DNA of 23,685 nt from Fusobacteriota bacterium (GCA_051746725.1 JBNJFI010000021.1:4096-27780); one strand, 5' to 3'; shown: positions 8,065-16,749, counted from the stretch's first letter. Translations and numbers: made by a program. Notes: generated by a model from the sequence alone, not told the origin.

Positions 8065-9885
8065 ATGGGCTTTTTTGGTATAGAAATGGGAAAAACGGCA
8101 TTACAAGCGCAACAAACGGCTTTAGATGTTGTAGGGCATAATATATCTAATGCAAATACAGATGGATATAGTAGACAAAATGTAAAAATATCTTCTATGA
8201 CCATGGAAGATAATAAGTTTGGAACAAAGGGGATAGGAGCAAAAGCAACTTCGATAGATAGAGTAAGGGACTCTTTTTTGGATGATAGAATAATAGAAGA
8301 ATTACAAACTCAATCTAAATGGGAGACAAAGGAAACAAACTTAAAGCAAATTCAATATATATTAAATGAGCCCTCTGATGAGAGTATTCGATTTATATTA
8401 GATGAATTTTGGAGTTCTTTACATGATTTGAGTCAAAATCCAGAAGATAGTTCAACGAGGATTTCAGTAAGAGAAAGAGCGGTTGATCTATCAAATACAA
8501 TAAATGGAACCTATGAAAATCTTTTAAAACTCAAAAGAAATGTAAATAACGAAATGAGAATTGAAATGAATGATATAAATACTAAACTCGAGCAGGTTGC
8601 CGACTTAAATGATCAAATATCAAAAGTAGAAATAGGAACATCTAAAGCAAATGATTTAAGAGATAAACGAGATAAATTAACAGAAGAATTATCTCAATCA
8701 ATCAATATAGATGTATCAAGAAAAGAAAGAACTTATAATATAAGTATAGGTGGAAGAACAGCGGTCCAAGGATCTACTTTTACTGGAATAAAGGCCGAAA
8801 GGAGTAGTTCTGTAAATGAAGGTATGTATCAATTTAAATGGAAAGACACGAATCAGCCTTTATATATAAAAGATGGAAAGATGCAGGGATTACAAGAAAT
8901 TAGAGATATAAACATAAATCAATATACCGATTATTTAGATCAATTGGCTATTGGTTTAACAGATAGATTAAACGAAGTTCAAGAATCAGGTTTTGATATA
9001 AATGGACAAAAAGGAATAAACTTTTTTGATGAATTAAAAGTTTATGATGAAACTTTTGATATAGATAATGACGGTGTATTAGAAGCAGCTATTTATAAAT
9101 TAAAGGGCTCTACAGTAGTGGATAATGTAAATGAAGAACCTTTAGCTAATGATTCTGCTATATCAGATTCTTCTGGGCATTTTGAAGTCAATGGAATGAG
9201 AGTGAATTATAATACTTCTGAAGATTCTCTGTCAGAATTGATTGAAAAAATAAATGACTTAAATTCAGGAGTAGTTGCAGCGGCTGATCCTTACAATAGA
9301 TTAACCTTAAGAGCTACAAAAGAAACTGATTACACTCTTAGAAGTGTTACAGATTCAGGTGGAAATTTATTAGAAGAGTTGGGGGTTTTACAAGGAGGAA
9401 ATTTTGAGTTTCAAGAAGCTTCAACTTTAAATAATATATCTGAAGATAGAATGGCACGGCCTGAATCAAGAGCTGCTTTAAACATGGGCGTAAAGATAAA
9501 AGATATAAATAAGATAGCTGCAGCTAAGGGAGTAGATACTGATGGAGATGAGATTCCTGACAAAGCAAATAATGTTGGTGATGGTTCTAATGCCTTGGAT
9601 TTAGCTGGGTTGAAACAGGAAAAAGCAATTGGAGAGTATACATATTCTGATTATTTTGAAAGTTTAATTTCTGATTTAGGAATTAGTGCTCAACAATCTA
9701 AAAGGTTTGTTCAAAATGAGGAAACTTTAATAAATAATCTTAATAATCAAAGAGAAGCTAAGATAGGTGTATCTTTAGATGAAGAGATGACAAATATGAT
9801 GAAATATCAACATGGATATAGTGCTATATCTAAATATATAAATACAAGAAGTGAAATGATAGATACTTTAATAAATAGATTATAA
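8065..9885 (+). CDS. flgK: Flagellar hook-associated protein 1
   Basis: GHNISNANTDGYSRQ N-terminus and GVSLDEEMTNMMKYQHGY C-terminus. Confidence 0.96.
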   Translation: MGFFGIEMGKTALQAQQTALDVVGHNISNANTDGYSRQNVKISSMTMEDNKFGTKGIGAKATSIDRVRDSFLDDRIIEELQTQSKWETKETNLKQIQYILNEPSDESIRFILDEFWSSLHDLSQNPEDSSTRISVRERAVDLSNTINGTYENLLKLKRNVNNEMRIEMNDINTKLEQVADLNDQISKVEIGTSKANDLRDKRDKLTEELSQSINIDVSRKERTYNISIGGRTAVQGSTFTGIKAERSSSVNEGMYQFKWKDTNQPLYIKDGKMQGLQEIRDININQYTDYLDQLAIGLTDRLNEVQESGFDINGQKGINFFDELKVYDETFDIDNDGVLEAAIYKLKGSTVVDNVNEEPLANDSAISDSSGHFEVNGMRVNYNTSEDSLSELIEKINDLNSGVVAAADPYNRLTLRATKETDYTLRSVTDSGGNLLEELGVLQGGNFEFQEASTLNNISEDRMARPESRAALNMGVKIKDINKIAAAKGVDTDGDEIPDKANNVGDGSNALDLAGLKQEKAIGEYTYSDYFESLISDLGISAQQSKRFVQNEETLINNLNNQREAKIGVSLDEEMTNMMKYQHGYSAISKYINTRSEMIDTLINRL

Positions 9886-9930
9886 GAATATTATTTCTGA
9901 TGTGATCAACTAAAAAATGAGGTGAGCAAA

Positions 9931-10926
9931 ATGAGAATTACAAGTAAGATGACAACAAGAAGTACATTAGCTAATATACAGACAAATAATAGAAAGTTAG
10001 ATGAATTAAGTAAACAACTGTCATCTGGAAAAAGAATTGAAATACCTGAAGATGATCCTACAGGAACAATAAAAGCCATGAGTTATAGAAGTAATCTTAA
10101 TGAGATTGATCAATATGTCAGAAATGTTGATAATGCAAAAGCTACTTTGGATTCTACTGACAATGCATTAGGTCAAGTTACAAATATATTACAAAGAGTT
10201 AGAGAGCTTTCAGTTCAAGCAGCAAATGATACTTATGAAAAGGATGCAAGAGATGCTATAGCTGATGAAATAGATCAATTATTGGATCAAGTAGTGGGGG
10301 TTGCAAACACAAAAGTAGGGAATAGATATATATTCGGAGGATTTAAAACAGATGGACCTCCCTTTAAAAAATATACAGGAAAAAATGATAGTGCAGTAGG
10401 TGGACCTGGAGAAGATTTGACAAGAGTAGATGGTTCTGTTAGAGATGGCATAAATTCTGAAAAAATAACAGTAGTAAATTACTCAGGAGATACAGGGAAA
10501 TTTCAAACTGAGATAGATGAAAATGTAAAGACAACTTTTAATATATCAGGAGAAGCAGCCTTTTTAGATGGAGAAAATTTATTTCAAAATTTAATTGATT
10601 TAAGAGATAATATTTATAGAGAGGAACCCACAGATGAAGATGGAGATGGCCAGTCTATAGAAGATAGCTTAGATAGTTTAGATAGATCAATTAATAATAT
10701 ATTACGGTCAAGATCAGAAGTTGGAGCAAAGCTACACAGAATGGATCAAGCAAAGGAGAAATTAGAAAATCAAAAAATAAATGTAAGTAAGTTATTAGGA
10801 GCAGTAGAAGATACTGATGTAACTAAAGCTATAATGGATTTAAAAGTACAGGAAAGTGTTCAAAAAATGTCTTTATCAGTTGGAGCTCGTGTAATAAAAC
10901 CAACTTTAATAGATTATTTAAGATAA
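9931..10926 (+). CDS. flgL: Flagellar hook-associated protein 3
   Basis: MRIT…QLSSGKRI..PEDDP, ANT…RYIFGG, PTLIDYLR. ATG 9931 after GAGGTG. Confidence 0.95.
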   Translation: MRITSKMTTRSTLANIQTNNRKLDELSKQLSSGKRIEIPEDDPTGTIKAMSYRSNLNEIDQYVRNVDNAKATLDSTDNALGQVTNILQRVRELSVQAANDTYEKDARDAIADEIDQLLDQVVGVANTKVGNRYIFGGFKTDGPPFKKYTGKNDSAVGGPGEDLTRVDGSVRDGINSEKITVVNYSGDTGKFQTEIDENVKTTFNISGEAAFLDGENLFQNLIDLRDNIYREEPTDEDGDGQSIEDSLDSLDRSINNILRSRSEVGAKLHRMDQAKEKLENQKINVSKLLGAVEDTDVTKAIMDLKVQESVQKMSLSVGARVIKPTLIDYLR

Positions 10927-10951
10927 TTTATTAAGAAAGAGGTGAGCAATC

Positions 10952-11530
10952 ATGATAAATACACCTATTTTAAAAATAAATACAATTGATGCCAAAGTTA
11001 ATATAAAAAAAAGAGATGCTCAAATGAATATTAAGGGTAATCAAGCAGATATGACTTTAAAACGAAAAAAACATCGATTTCAAGTTAATACCAAAGATGC
11101 TAAAGTAGAAATAGATAATTATCCAGCTTTTAGACAATTTGACAATTCTAAAACTACAATGGATATGGAAAGAAAAGTATCGTCTGAGAGTATGCAAAAA
11201 AGTTATAAGGCAATTGCTCAATATTCTTCTGATGGAGATGCTATGATGAATATTGAGAATTCCAGTGGTAATGTATTAGCTAAAATTGCTGCTGATAAAG
11301 CTTTTGGGGATTTAGAAAGAGAAATTGGGTTACAACATTTCCCCAAAGAAAATATTAAAATAAGAGTTAAAAAGGGAAATGTAAGAACAAATTATATCCC
11401 AGGAAAAATTGAAACAAATGTGCGGAAAAATTTGCAGATTAGTTCGACTCCTGGTAAAATAGACATATCAGCAAATTATCCAAAGGTAATAATAGATCTG
11501 AAAGGTAAAAATATAAATTATAAAGCGTAG
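10952..11530 (+). CDS. YviE-like / DUF6470 flagellar-cluster protein
   Basis: P.L.I.T…, 'V.ID…', 'GD.MM.IEN…N..A.IA' pattern. Position between flgL and fliW. Confidence 0.65.
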   Translation: MINTPILKINTIDAKVNIKKRDAQMNIKGNQADMTLKRKKHRFQVNTKDAKVEIDNYPAFRQFDNSKTTMDMERKVSSESMQKSYKAIAQYSSDGDAMMNIENSSGNVLAKIAADKAFGDLEREIGLQHFPKENIKIRVKKGNVRTNYIPGKIETNVRKNLQISSTPGKIDISANYPKVIIDLKGKNINYKA

Positions 11531-11539
11531 GAGGACAAG

Positions 11540-12001
11540 ATGAAAATACAAACTACTCGGTTTGGAAATATAGAAATAAATAAAGATGAGATAATATATT
11601 TTGAAGATGGAATACTAGGATTTGAAGATATTAAAAAATATGTAATTTTTGAGATGGAAGATAGTAACCCTTTAATGTGGATGCAAGCAGTTAATGAACC
11701 TTCGTTGGCATTTGTAATTATTAGACCATTTGAGTTTAGAAAAAATTATACTTTGAATTTATCTGATAAAGATACAGAAGAATTGGAATTAGAATCTGCC
11801 CAAAATACAGATATTTTCTCTATAGTAGTAGTTCCAGATGATCCATCTAAGATGACAGCAAATCTGCAAGGACCTATTGTAATTAATACAAAAAAGAATA
11901 TAGGAAGACAAGTTATATCGACTAATTCTAAACATAAGTTAAAACATTATATAATAAAAGAGATGCAAGAAAAAAAAGAACACGATCAAAGGGGGCAATA
12001 A
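11540..12001 (+). CDS. fliW: Flagellar assembly factor / CsrA antagonist FliW
   Basis: T.RFG…I.F..GI.GFE, WMQ….[19 protein letters not shown]. Confidence 0.95.
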   Translation: MKIQTTRFGNIEINKDEIIYFEDGILGFEDIKKYVIFEMEDSNPLMWMQAVNEPSLAFVIIRPFEFRKNYTLNLSDKDTEELELESAQNTDIFSIVVVPDDPSKMTANLQGPIVINTKKNIGRQVISTNSKHKLKHYIIKEMQEKKEHDQRGQ

Positions 12002-12002
12002 A

Positions 12003-12248
12003 ATGTTAGTATTGTCTAGAAAAATAAATGAAAGTATTATTATTGGCGATGATATAGAAATAGTAATTGTTGAAATGAAAAATGACCAAGTTAAATTAGG
12101 AATAAAAGCTCCTAGAAGTATACCAGTACATAGATCTGAAGTTTATGAAGAGATACAATTGGAGAACAAAAAAGCATCTGAAAACCAAAATAAATTAACA
12201 GGATTAGGAAACTTATTTAATAAAATAAAAAATAATAAAAAAGATTAA
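12003..12248 (+). CDS. csrA: Carbon storage regulator CsrA (long C-terminal, FliW-responsive type)
   Basis: [18 protein letters not shown]…VKLGI.AP…VHR.EVY..IQ.EN..A. Confidence 0.97.
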   Translation: MLVLSRKINESIIIGDDIEIVIVEMKNDQVKLGIKAPRSIPVHRSEVYEEIQLENKKASENQNKLTGLGNLFNKIKNNKKD

Positions 12249-12272
12249 AGTTTTAACAAAAAAGAGCGATAA
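12246..12272 (+). promoter_or_regulatory. sigma28 promoter P1 upstream of the flagellin array
   Basis: TAAA-N15-AGCGATAA; the -35 overlaps the csrA stop. Confidence 0.75.
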
Positions 12273-12378
12273 TATATTTAGGTATAAATAAAATTAGAAA
12301 TAAATGAAATATATTATCTAAGTGAATTTATTAAAAGCATAATAAAAATAACACAAAAAAAATAAAACGAAAAAAAAT

Positions 12379-12405
12379 TAAAGAAAAATTAAAAAAGAAC
12401 GATAA
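12379..12405 (+). promoter_or_regulatory. sigma28 promoter P2 upstream of the flagellin array
   Basis: TAAA-N15-AACGATAA. Confidence 0.75.
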
Positions 12406-12411
12406 TTATAA

Positions 12412-12612
12412 TATGACAATCAAATAGAGGAGAAAACCTCATAAAAAACCTTAAACAAGGAGGTTTAAGAAAGAACTAAAGGAATAGTTCGGTATGTGTA
12501 TGGATTATAATGGGATAACTTTATTTGATTATAATGCAATTATTTTTTACAACACTTACCATTAGTTGAGCCTTAACCTCTAAACTAATGGATAGTGTTG
12601 TTTTTTGTTTTT
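12412..12612 (+). ncRNA. Putative CsrA-binding RNA (CsrB-like sRNA or flagellin leader/attenuator)
   Basis: Hairpins GAGG-AGAAAA-CCTC, CTTAAAC-AAGGAG-GTTTAAG and GAACTA-AAGGAA-TAGTTC, plus further GGA motifs. Bounded by a sigma28 promoter and a long hairpin with T-tract. Confidence 0.55.
12549..12612 (+). terminator. Long terminator-like hairpin upstream of flagellin 1
   Basis: ACAACACT/AGTGTTGT and CCATTAGTT/AACTAATGG stems, GAG/CTC apex, followed by TTTTTGTTTTT. Confidence 0.65.
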
Positions 12613-12708
12613 GGGAAGGATCTAAATTAAAAGAAGTGGATTATTTTTTCAGAATAGAGAGATTATTAATATAGTCTTTCTGCTTTGACAAAATAATGTC
12701 AAAAAAAA

Positions 12709-12742
12709 CGACAAGGATGTCGGAAAACAAATTCAAGGAGGA
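12709..12742 (+). promoter_or_regulatory. CsrA binding sites in the flagellin 1 leader (hairpin site + RBS-overlapping site)
   Basis: CGAC-AAGGAT-GTCG hairpin then CAAGGAGGAG RBS. Same two-site layout as the B. subtilis hag leader. Confidence 0.8.
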
Positions 12743-12749
12743 GAAGAAA

Positions 12750-13586
12750 ATGATTATTAATCACAACATTAGTGCGATGAATTCGTACAAAAATCTGAAA
12801 AGTGTAAATGGTGACATTGAAAATTCTTTGGAAAAATTATCGTCAGGACTAAGAATTAACAAAGCTGGTGACGATGCAGCAGGTTTAGCAATCTCAGAAA
12901 AAATGCGAGGGCAAATCAGAGGTTTAAACATGGCGAAGAAAAATTCGCAAGATGGGATAAGTTTAATCCAAACAGCAGAAGGAGCATTAAATGAAAGTCA
13001 TTCTATACTACAAAGAATGAGAGAATTAGCTGTTCAGTCTTCCAATGATACTAATACTACAGAAGATAGAACGGAATTACAAAAAGAGATGAACCAATTG
13101 AGACAAGAGATTGATAGAATCGCAACTTCTACAGAATTTAATACTAAAAAACTTTTAGATGGAGATTTTGCAGCATCTGGTATTATGTTTCAAATAGGAG
13201 CAAATTCTGGACAAAATGTAAGTATGACTATAGGAGATACACAAGCAACAGCACTGGGGATAAATGGTGCAAGTGCAAGTGAAGCATTATCTGTTACCAG
13301 TGCAACCACTGCTGATGCAGCTATTACTTCTATAAATGATGCTATTGAATCAATTTCAGCAGAAAGATCAAAATTTGGTGCAATGCAAAATAGGTTAGAA
13401 CATACAATTAACAATTTAAGTACATCAGCAGAAAATTTACAGGCAGCAGAAAGTAGAATAAGAGATGTAGATATGGCAAAAGAGATGGTGGATTTTAGTA
13501 AAAATAAAATAATTTCTCAATCTGGTACTGCTATGTTAGCACAAGCAAATTCTCAGCCACAAGGAGTATTACAATTATTACAATAA
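12750..13586 (+). CDS. fliC: Flagellin 1 (278 aa, minimal D0/D1 type)
   Basis: MIINHN…LEKLSSGLRINKAGDDAAGLAISEKMR…AESRIRDVDMAKEM…QAN..PQ.VL.LL. True start ATG 12750 after GGAGGAG. Confidence 0.97.
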   Translation: MIINHNISAMNSYKNLKSVNGDIENSLEKLSSGLRINKAGDDAAGLAISEKMRGQIRGLNMAKKNSQDGISLIQTAEGALNESHSILQRMRELAVQSSNDTNTTEDRTELQKEMNQLRQEIDRIATSTEFNTKKLLDGDFAASGIMFQIGANSGQNVSMTIGDTQATALGINGASASEALSVTSATTADAAITSINDAIESISAERSKFGAMQNRLEHTINNLSTSAENLQAAESRIRDVDMAKEMVDFSKNKIISQSGTAMLAQANSQPQGVLQLLQ

Positions 13587-13612
13587 TATAAAAAATATTG
13601 GATAATATAATA

Positions 13613-13763
13613 ATCCTTTTTGATTTGATTTAGTCACAATGAGTACAAATAATGAAATCATTGTGAGTAGTTATGGTGGCTAAAGCTGCCTTCAATGATA
13701 AAGTTGAATTTCGCGCGGTTTAACTTTATTAAATCAAGGATGAAAAAACAAATCAAGGAGGAT
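13613..13763 (+). promoter_or_regulatory. Structured leader of flagellin 2 (anti-SD helix, inner stems, CsrA motif)
   Basis: ATCCTTTTTGATTTG (13613-27) pairs with CAAATCAAGGAGGAT (13749-63). Inner stems at 13634-66, 13675-90 and 13698-729. TC-AAGGAT-GA at 13734-43. Confidence 0.7.
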
Positions 13764-13770
13764 GAGGAAA

Positions 13771-14619
13771 ATGATAATCAATAACAATATCAGTGCACAG
13801 AATTCTTACAGAAACTTATCAAATATGAATAACAAAATTGATAGTTCTTTAGAAAAACTATCATCAGGACTAAGAATCAACAAAGCAGGTGACGATGCTG
13901 CGGGATTAGCAATTTCAGAAAAAATGAGAGGCCAAGTTAAAGGTCTAGATATGGCAAAGAAAAATGCTCAAGATGGAATAAGTTTAATCCAAACAGCAGA
14001 GGGAGCATTAAATGAAACTCACTCAATACTACAAAGAATGAGAGAGTTAGCAGTTCAATCATCAAATGATACAAACACAGAAACAGATAGAACAGAACTG
14101 CAAAAAGAGATGGATCAATTGAGAAAAGAAATTGATAGAATAGCAGATACTACAGAATTTAATACAAAAACACTTATGACAGGTGGATTAGATGGAGCCG
14201 CCGGTGGAACTGGACTTACTTTTCATGTAGGAGCAAATGAAAGTCAAGCAGTGACATTAAATTTTGGAAGTATGAAAGCAAGTGCTCTAGGAGTAAGTGG
14301 AGCAAGTGCAACTCAAGCGCTATCAGTTACTGCAGCTACATCAGCAGATGCAGCAATAACAACTATTAATGATGCTTTAGAATCAGTTTCGTCTGAAAGA
14401 GCAAAATTCGGTGCAATGCAAAATAGGTTAGAACACACAATAAATAACCTAGGAACATCATCTCAAAACTTACAAGCAGCAGAAAGTAGAATAAGAGATG
14501 TAGATATGGCGAAAGAGATGGTAGATTATAGCAAGAACAAGATAATCTCTCAAGCTGGTAATTCAATGTTGGCGCAAGCTAATGCCCAGCCACAAGGGGT
14601 ATTACAATTATTACAATAA
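13771..14619 (+). CDS. fliC: Flagellin 2 (282 aa)
   Basis: Full flagellin N- and C-terminal motifs. ATG 13771. Confidence 0.97.
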   Translation: MIINNNISAQNSYRNLSNMNNKIDSSLEKLSSGLRINKAGDDAAGLAISEKMRGQVKGLDMAKKNAQDGISLIQTAEGALNETHSILQRMRELAVQSSNDTNTETDRTELQKEMDQLRKEIDRIADTTEFNTKTLMTGGLDGAAGGTGLTFHVGANESQAVTLNFGSMKASALGVSGASATQALSVTAATSADAAITTINDALESVSSERAKFGAMQNRLEHTINNLGTSSQNLQAAESRIRDVDMAKEMVDYSKNKIISQAGNSMLAQANAQPQGVLQLLQ

Positions 14620-15543
14620 TATAATATATAGTTCTAGATAATTTCTAGGACTATATAAAATCACCTCCGTGTTTAAAATTTAATTACTTCTTATACTTTT
14701 TAATGTTAGACAGTATAAGTGGTTATTAAAATGTAGAGTGAGGCGCCCACTTTATAAAGTTAATAGCCAAAAATTATGGTCAAGGATGGCCAAAACTTAA
14801 AACACGGAGGAGGTTATTAAAATGATAATTAATCACAATATTAGTGCACAGAATTCTTACAGAAACTTAACTAATATGAATCAAAAAATTGATGGTTCTT
14901 TAGAAAAACTGTCATCAGGACTTAGAATTAACAAAGCAGGTGACGATGCAGCAGGACTAGCAATTTCAGAAAAAATGAGAGGCCAAGTTAAAGGTCTAGA
15001 TATGGCAAAGAAAAATGCTCAAGATGGAATAAGTTTAATCCAAACAGCAGAGGGAGCATTAAATGAAACTCACTCAATACTACAAAGAATGAGAGAGTTA
15101 GCAGTTCAATCATCAAATGATACAAACACAGAAACAGATAGAACAGAACTGCAAAAAGAGATGGATCAATTGAGAAAAGAAATTGATAGAATAGCAGATA
15201 CTACAGAATTTAATACAAAAACACTTATGACAGGTGGATTAGATGGAGCCGCCGGTGGAACTGGACTTACTTTTCATGTAGGAGCAAATGAAAGTCAAGC
15301 AGTGACATTAAATTTTGGAAGTATGAAAGCAAGTGCTCTAGGAGTAAGTGGAGCAAGTGCAACTCAAGCGCTATCAGTTACTGCAGCTACATCAGCAGAT
15401 GCAGCAATAACAACTATTAATGATGCTTTAGAATCAGTTTCGTCTGAAAGAGCAAAATTCGGTGCAATGCAAAATAGGTTAGAACACACAATAAATAACC
15501 TAGGAACATCATCTCAAAACTTACAAGCAGCAGAAAGTAGAAT
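13907..15543 (+). repeat. 586-bp identical direct repeat (13907-14492 = 14958-15543) inside flagellins 2 and 3
   Basis: Line-by-line comparison at offset 1051 showed no mismatch; the flanks diverge. Confidence 0.9.
14664..14814 (+). promoter_or_regulatory. Structured leader of flagellin 3 (anti-SD helix, inner stems, CsrA hairpin)
   Basis: CCTCCGTGTTT (14664-74) pairs with AAACACGGAGG (14800-10). Stems at 14690-719 and 14732-56. GGTC-AAGGAT-GGCC at 14778-91. Confidence 0.72.
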
Positions 15544-15670
15544 TAGAGATGTAGATATGGCAAAAGAAATGGTAGATTATTCTAAGAATAAAATAATTGC
15601 TCAAGCGGGTAACTCAATGCTGGCTCAAGCTAATGCACAACCCCAAGGAGTTCTATCATTGTTGAGATAA
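14822..15670 (+). CDS. fliC: Flagellin 3 (282 aa)
   Basis: Full flagellin motifs. GGAGGAGG RBS. Confidence 0.97.
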   Translation: MIINHNISAQNSYRNLTNMNQKIDGSLEKLSSGLRINKAGDDAAGLAISEKMRGQVKGLDMAKKNAQDGISLIQTAEGALNETHSILQRMRELAVQSSNDTNTETDRTELQKEMDQLRKEIDRIADTTEFNTKTLMTGGLDGAAGGTGLTFHVGANESQAVTLNFGSMKASALGVSGASATQALSVTAATSADAAITTINDALESVSSERAKFGAMQNRLEHTINNLGTSSQNLQAAESRIRDVDMAKEMVDYSKNKIIAQAGNSMLAQANAQPQGVLSLLR

Positions 15671-15752
15671 TAAAATAAAATAGTATTATAAAATGGTTTA
15701 CGGCATATATAGTTCTAAGGGATTTCATCTCTTAGAACTATAAAAAACAAAA

Positions 15753-15905
15753 CTCGCCTTCCATGATAAAAAAGCTACTAGTCAGCTTAAAGATTATTGA
15801 GTTAAGTAGTAGTCATCTTAAACAGTTTATTCCTTTGGCCGGTGATAAATATTAGGATGATGACTAAAAGCAGGGATGCTTTTATAATAATATCATGGAG
15901 GGGAG
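15753..15905 (+). promoter_or_regulatory. Structured leader of flagellin 4 (anti-SD helix, inner stems, CsrA hairpin)
   Basis: CTC-g-CCTTCCATGATA (15753-68) pairs with TATCATGGAGGG-GAG (15891-905). TAAAAGC-AGGGAT-GCTTTTA at 15865-84. Confidence 0.72.
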
Positions 15906-15911
15906 ATTGTT

Positions 15912-16730
15912 ATGATTATAAACCATAATATCTCAGCAAAAAATGCCTATCGAAACCTTACAAATTCTAATTCTAAGATAGATGATTCTTTGGAAAAACT
16001 ATCATCTGGACTTAGAATTAATAAAGCAGGAGATGATGCGGCAGGACTAGCTATTTCAGAGAAGATGAGAGCTCAAGTTAATGGACTGGACATGGCAAAA
16101 AAAAATGCTCAAGATGGCATAAGTTTAATTCAAACAGCTGAAGGAGCATTAAATGAAACTCACTCAATACTACAAAGGATGAGGGAATTATCTGTACAGT
16201 CAGCAAATGACACAAATACTACAGCAGATAGAGAACAGATTCAGTTAGAAGTAGATGAGTTAGTTAATGAAATTAATAGAATAGGTGAAGATACACAGTT
16301 TAATACTAAAAATCTATTGTCTGGGGCATTTTCATCCAATGCTATTAGTTTTCATGTAGGTCCAAATTCTAGTCAAAAAGTATCTATTAATATTGATAGT
16401 ATGAGAGCAAGTGCTTTGGGAATATCTTCTTTATCAATTTCTAGTCAAACTAACGCTGAGGCAGCGATAACTACAGTAGATGATGCAATTCAGACTGTAT
16501 CGACACAGAGATCTAATTTAGGTGCTGTTCAGAACAGGTTAGAACACACAATAAATAATCTTGGTATGTCTGCTGAAAACTTACAAGCGGCAGAGAGTCG
16601 AATACGAGATGTAGATATGGCAAAAGAAATGGTAGAATATACCAAAAATAGTGTTATATCTCAAGCTGGAACAGCAATGTTGTCACAAGCAAATAGTAGT
16701 CCACAAAAAGTACTACAGTTATTTGATTAA
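15912..16730 (+). CDS. fliC: Flagellin 4 (272 aa, most divergent)
   Basis: Full flagellin motifs. Confidence 0.96.
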   Translation: MIINHNISAKNAYRNLTNSNSKIDDSLEKLSSGLRINKAGDDAAGLAISEKMRAQVNGLDMAKKNAQDGISLIQTAEGALNETHSILQRMRELSVQSANDTNTTADREQIQLEVDELVNEINRIGEDTQFNTKNLLSGAFSSNAISFHVGPNSSQKVSINIDSMRASALGISSLSISSQTNAEAAITTVDDAIQTVSTQRSNLGAVQNRLEHTINNLGMSAENLQAAESRIRDVDMAKEMVEYTKNSVISQAGTAMLSQANSSPQKVLQLFD

Positions 16731-16749
16731 ACATATCTAAGACCGGCCA

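Noticed and set aside
9058..10650. Dx[DN]xDG-like calcium-binding loops in FlgK (DIDNDG) and FlgL (DEDGDG)
   Set aside because: Short motifs in acidic proteins that could be chance; there is no independent support
12684..12703. TTGACA as a sigma70 -35 for flagellin 1
   Set aside because: No -10 at 16-18 nt; it is one arm of the hairpin TTTGACA-AAATAA-TGTCAAA
12696..12749. 18-aa N-terminal extension of flagellin 1
   Set aside because: The strong RBS and homology to the other flagellins put the start at 12750; the extension is the CsrA-site leader
13600..13621. GGAT…ATCC-TTTTT as terminator after flagellin 1
   Set aside because: The stem is too weak; the same bases pair far better with the flagellin 2 RBS, though it could be an alternative conformer
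12412..15911. c-di-GMP riboswitches in the flagellin leaders
   Set aside because: I could not find the GEMM-type GGCAAAC/GNRA-receptor signature by eye; needs cmscan to exclude formally
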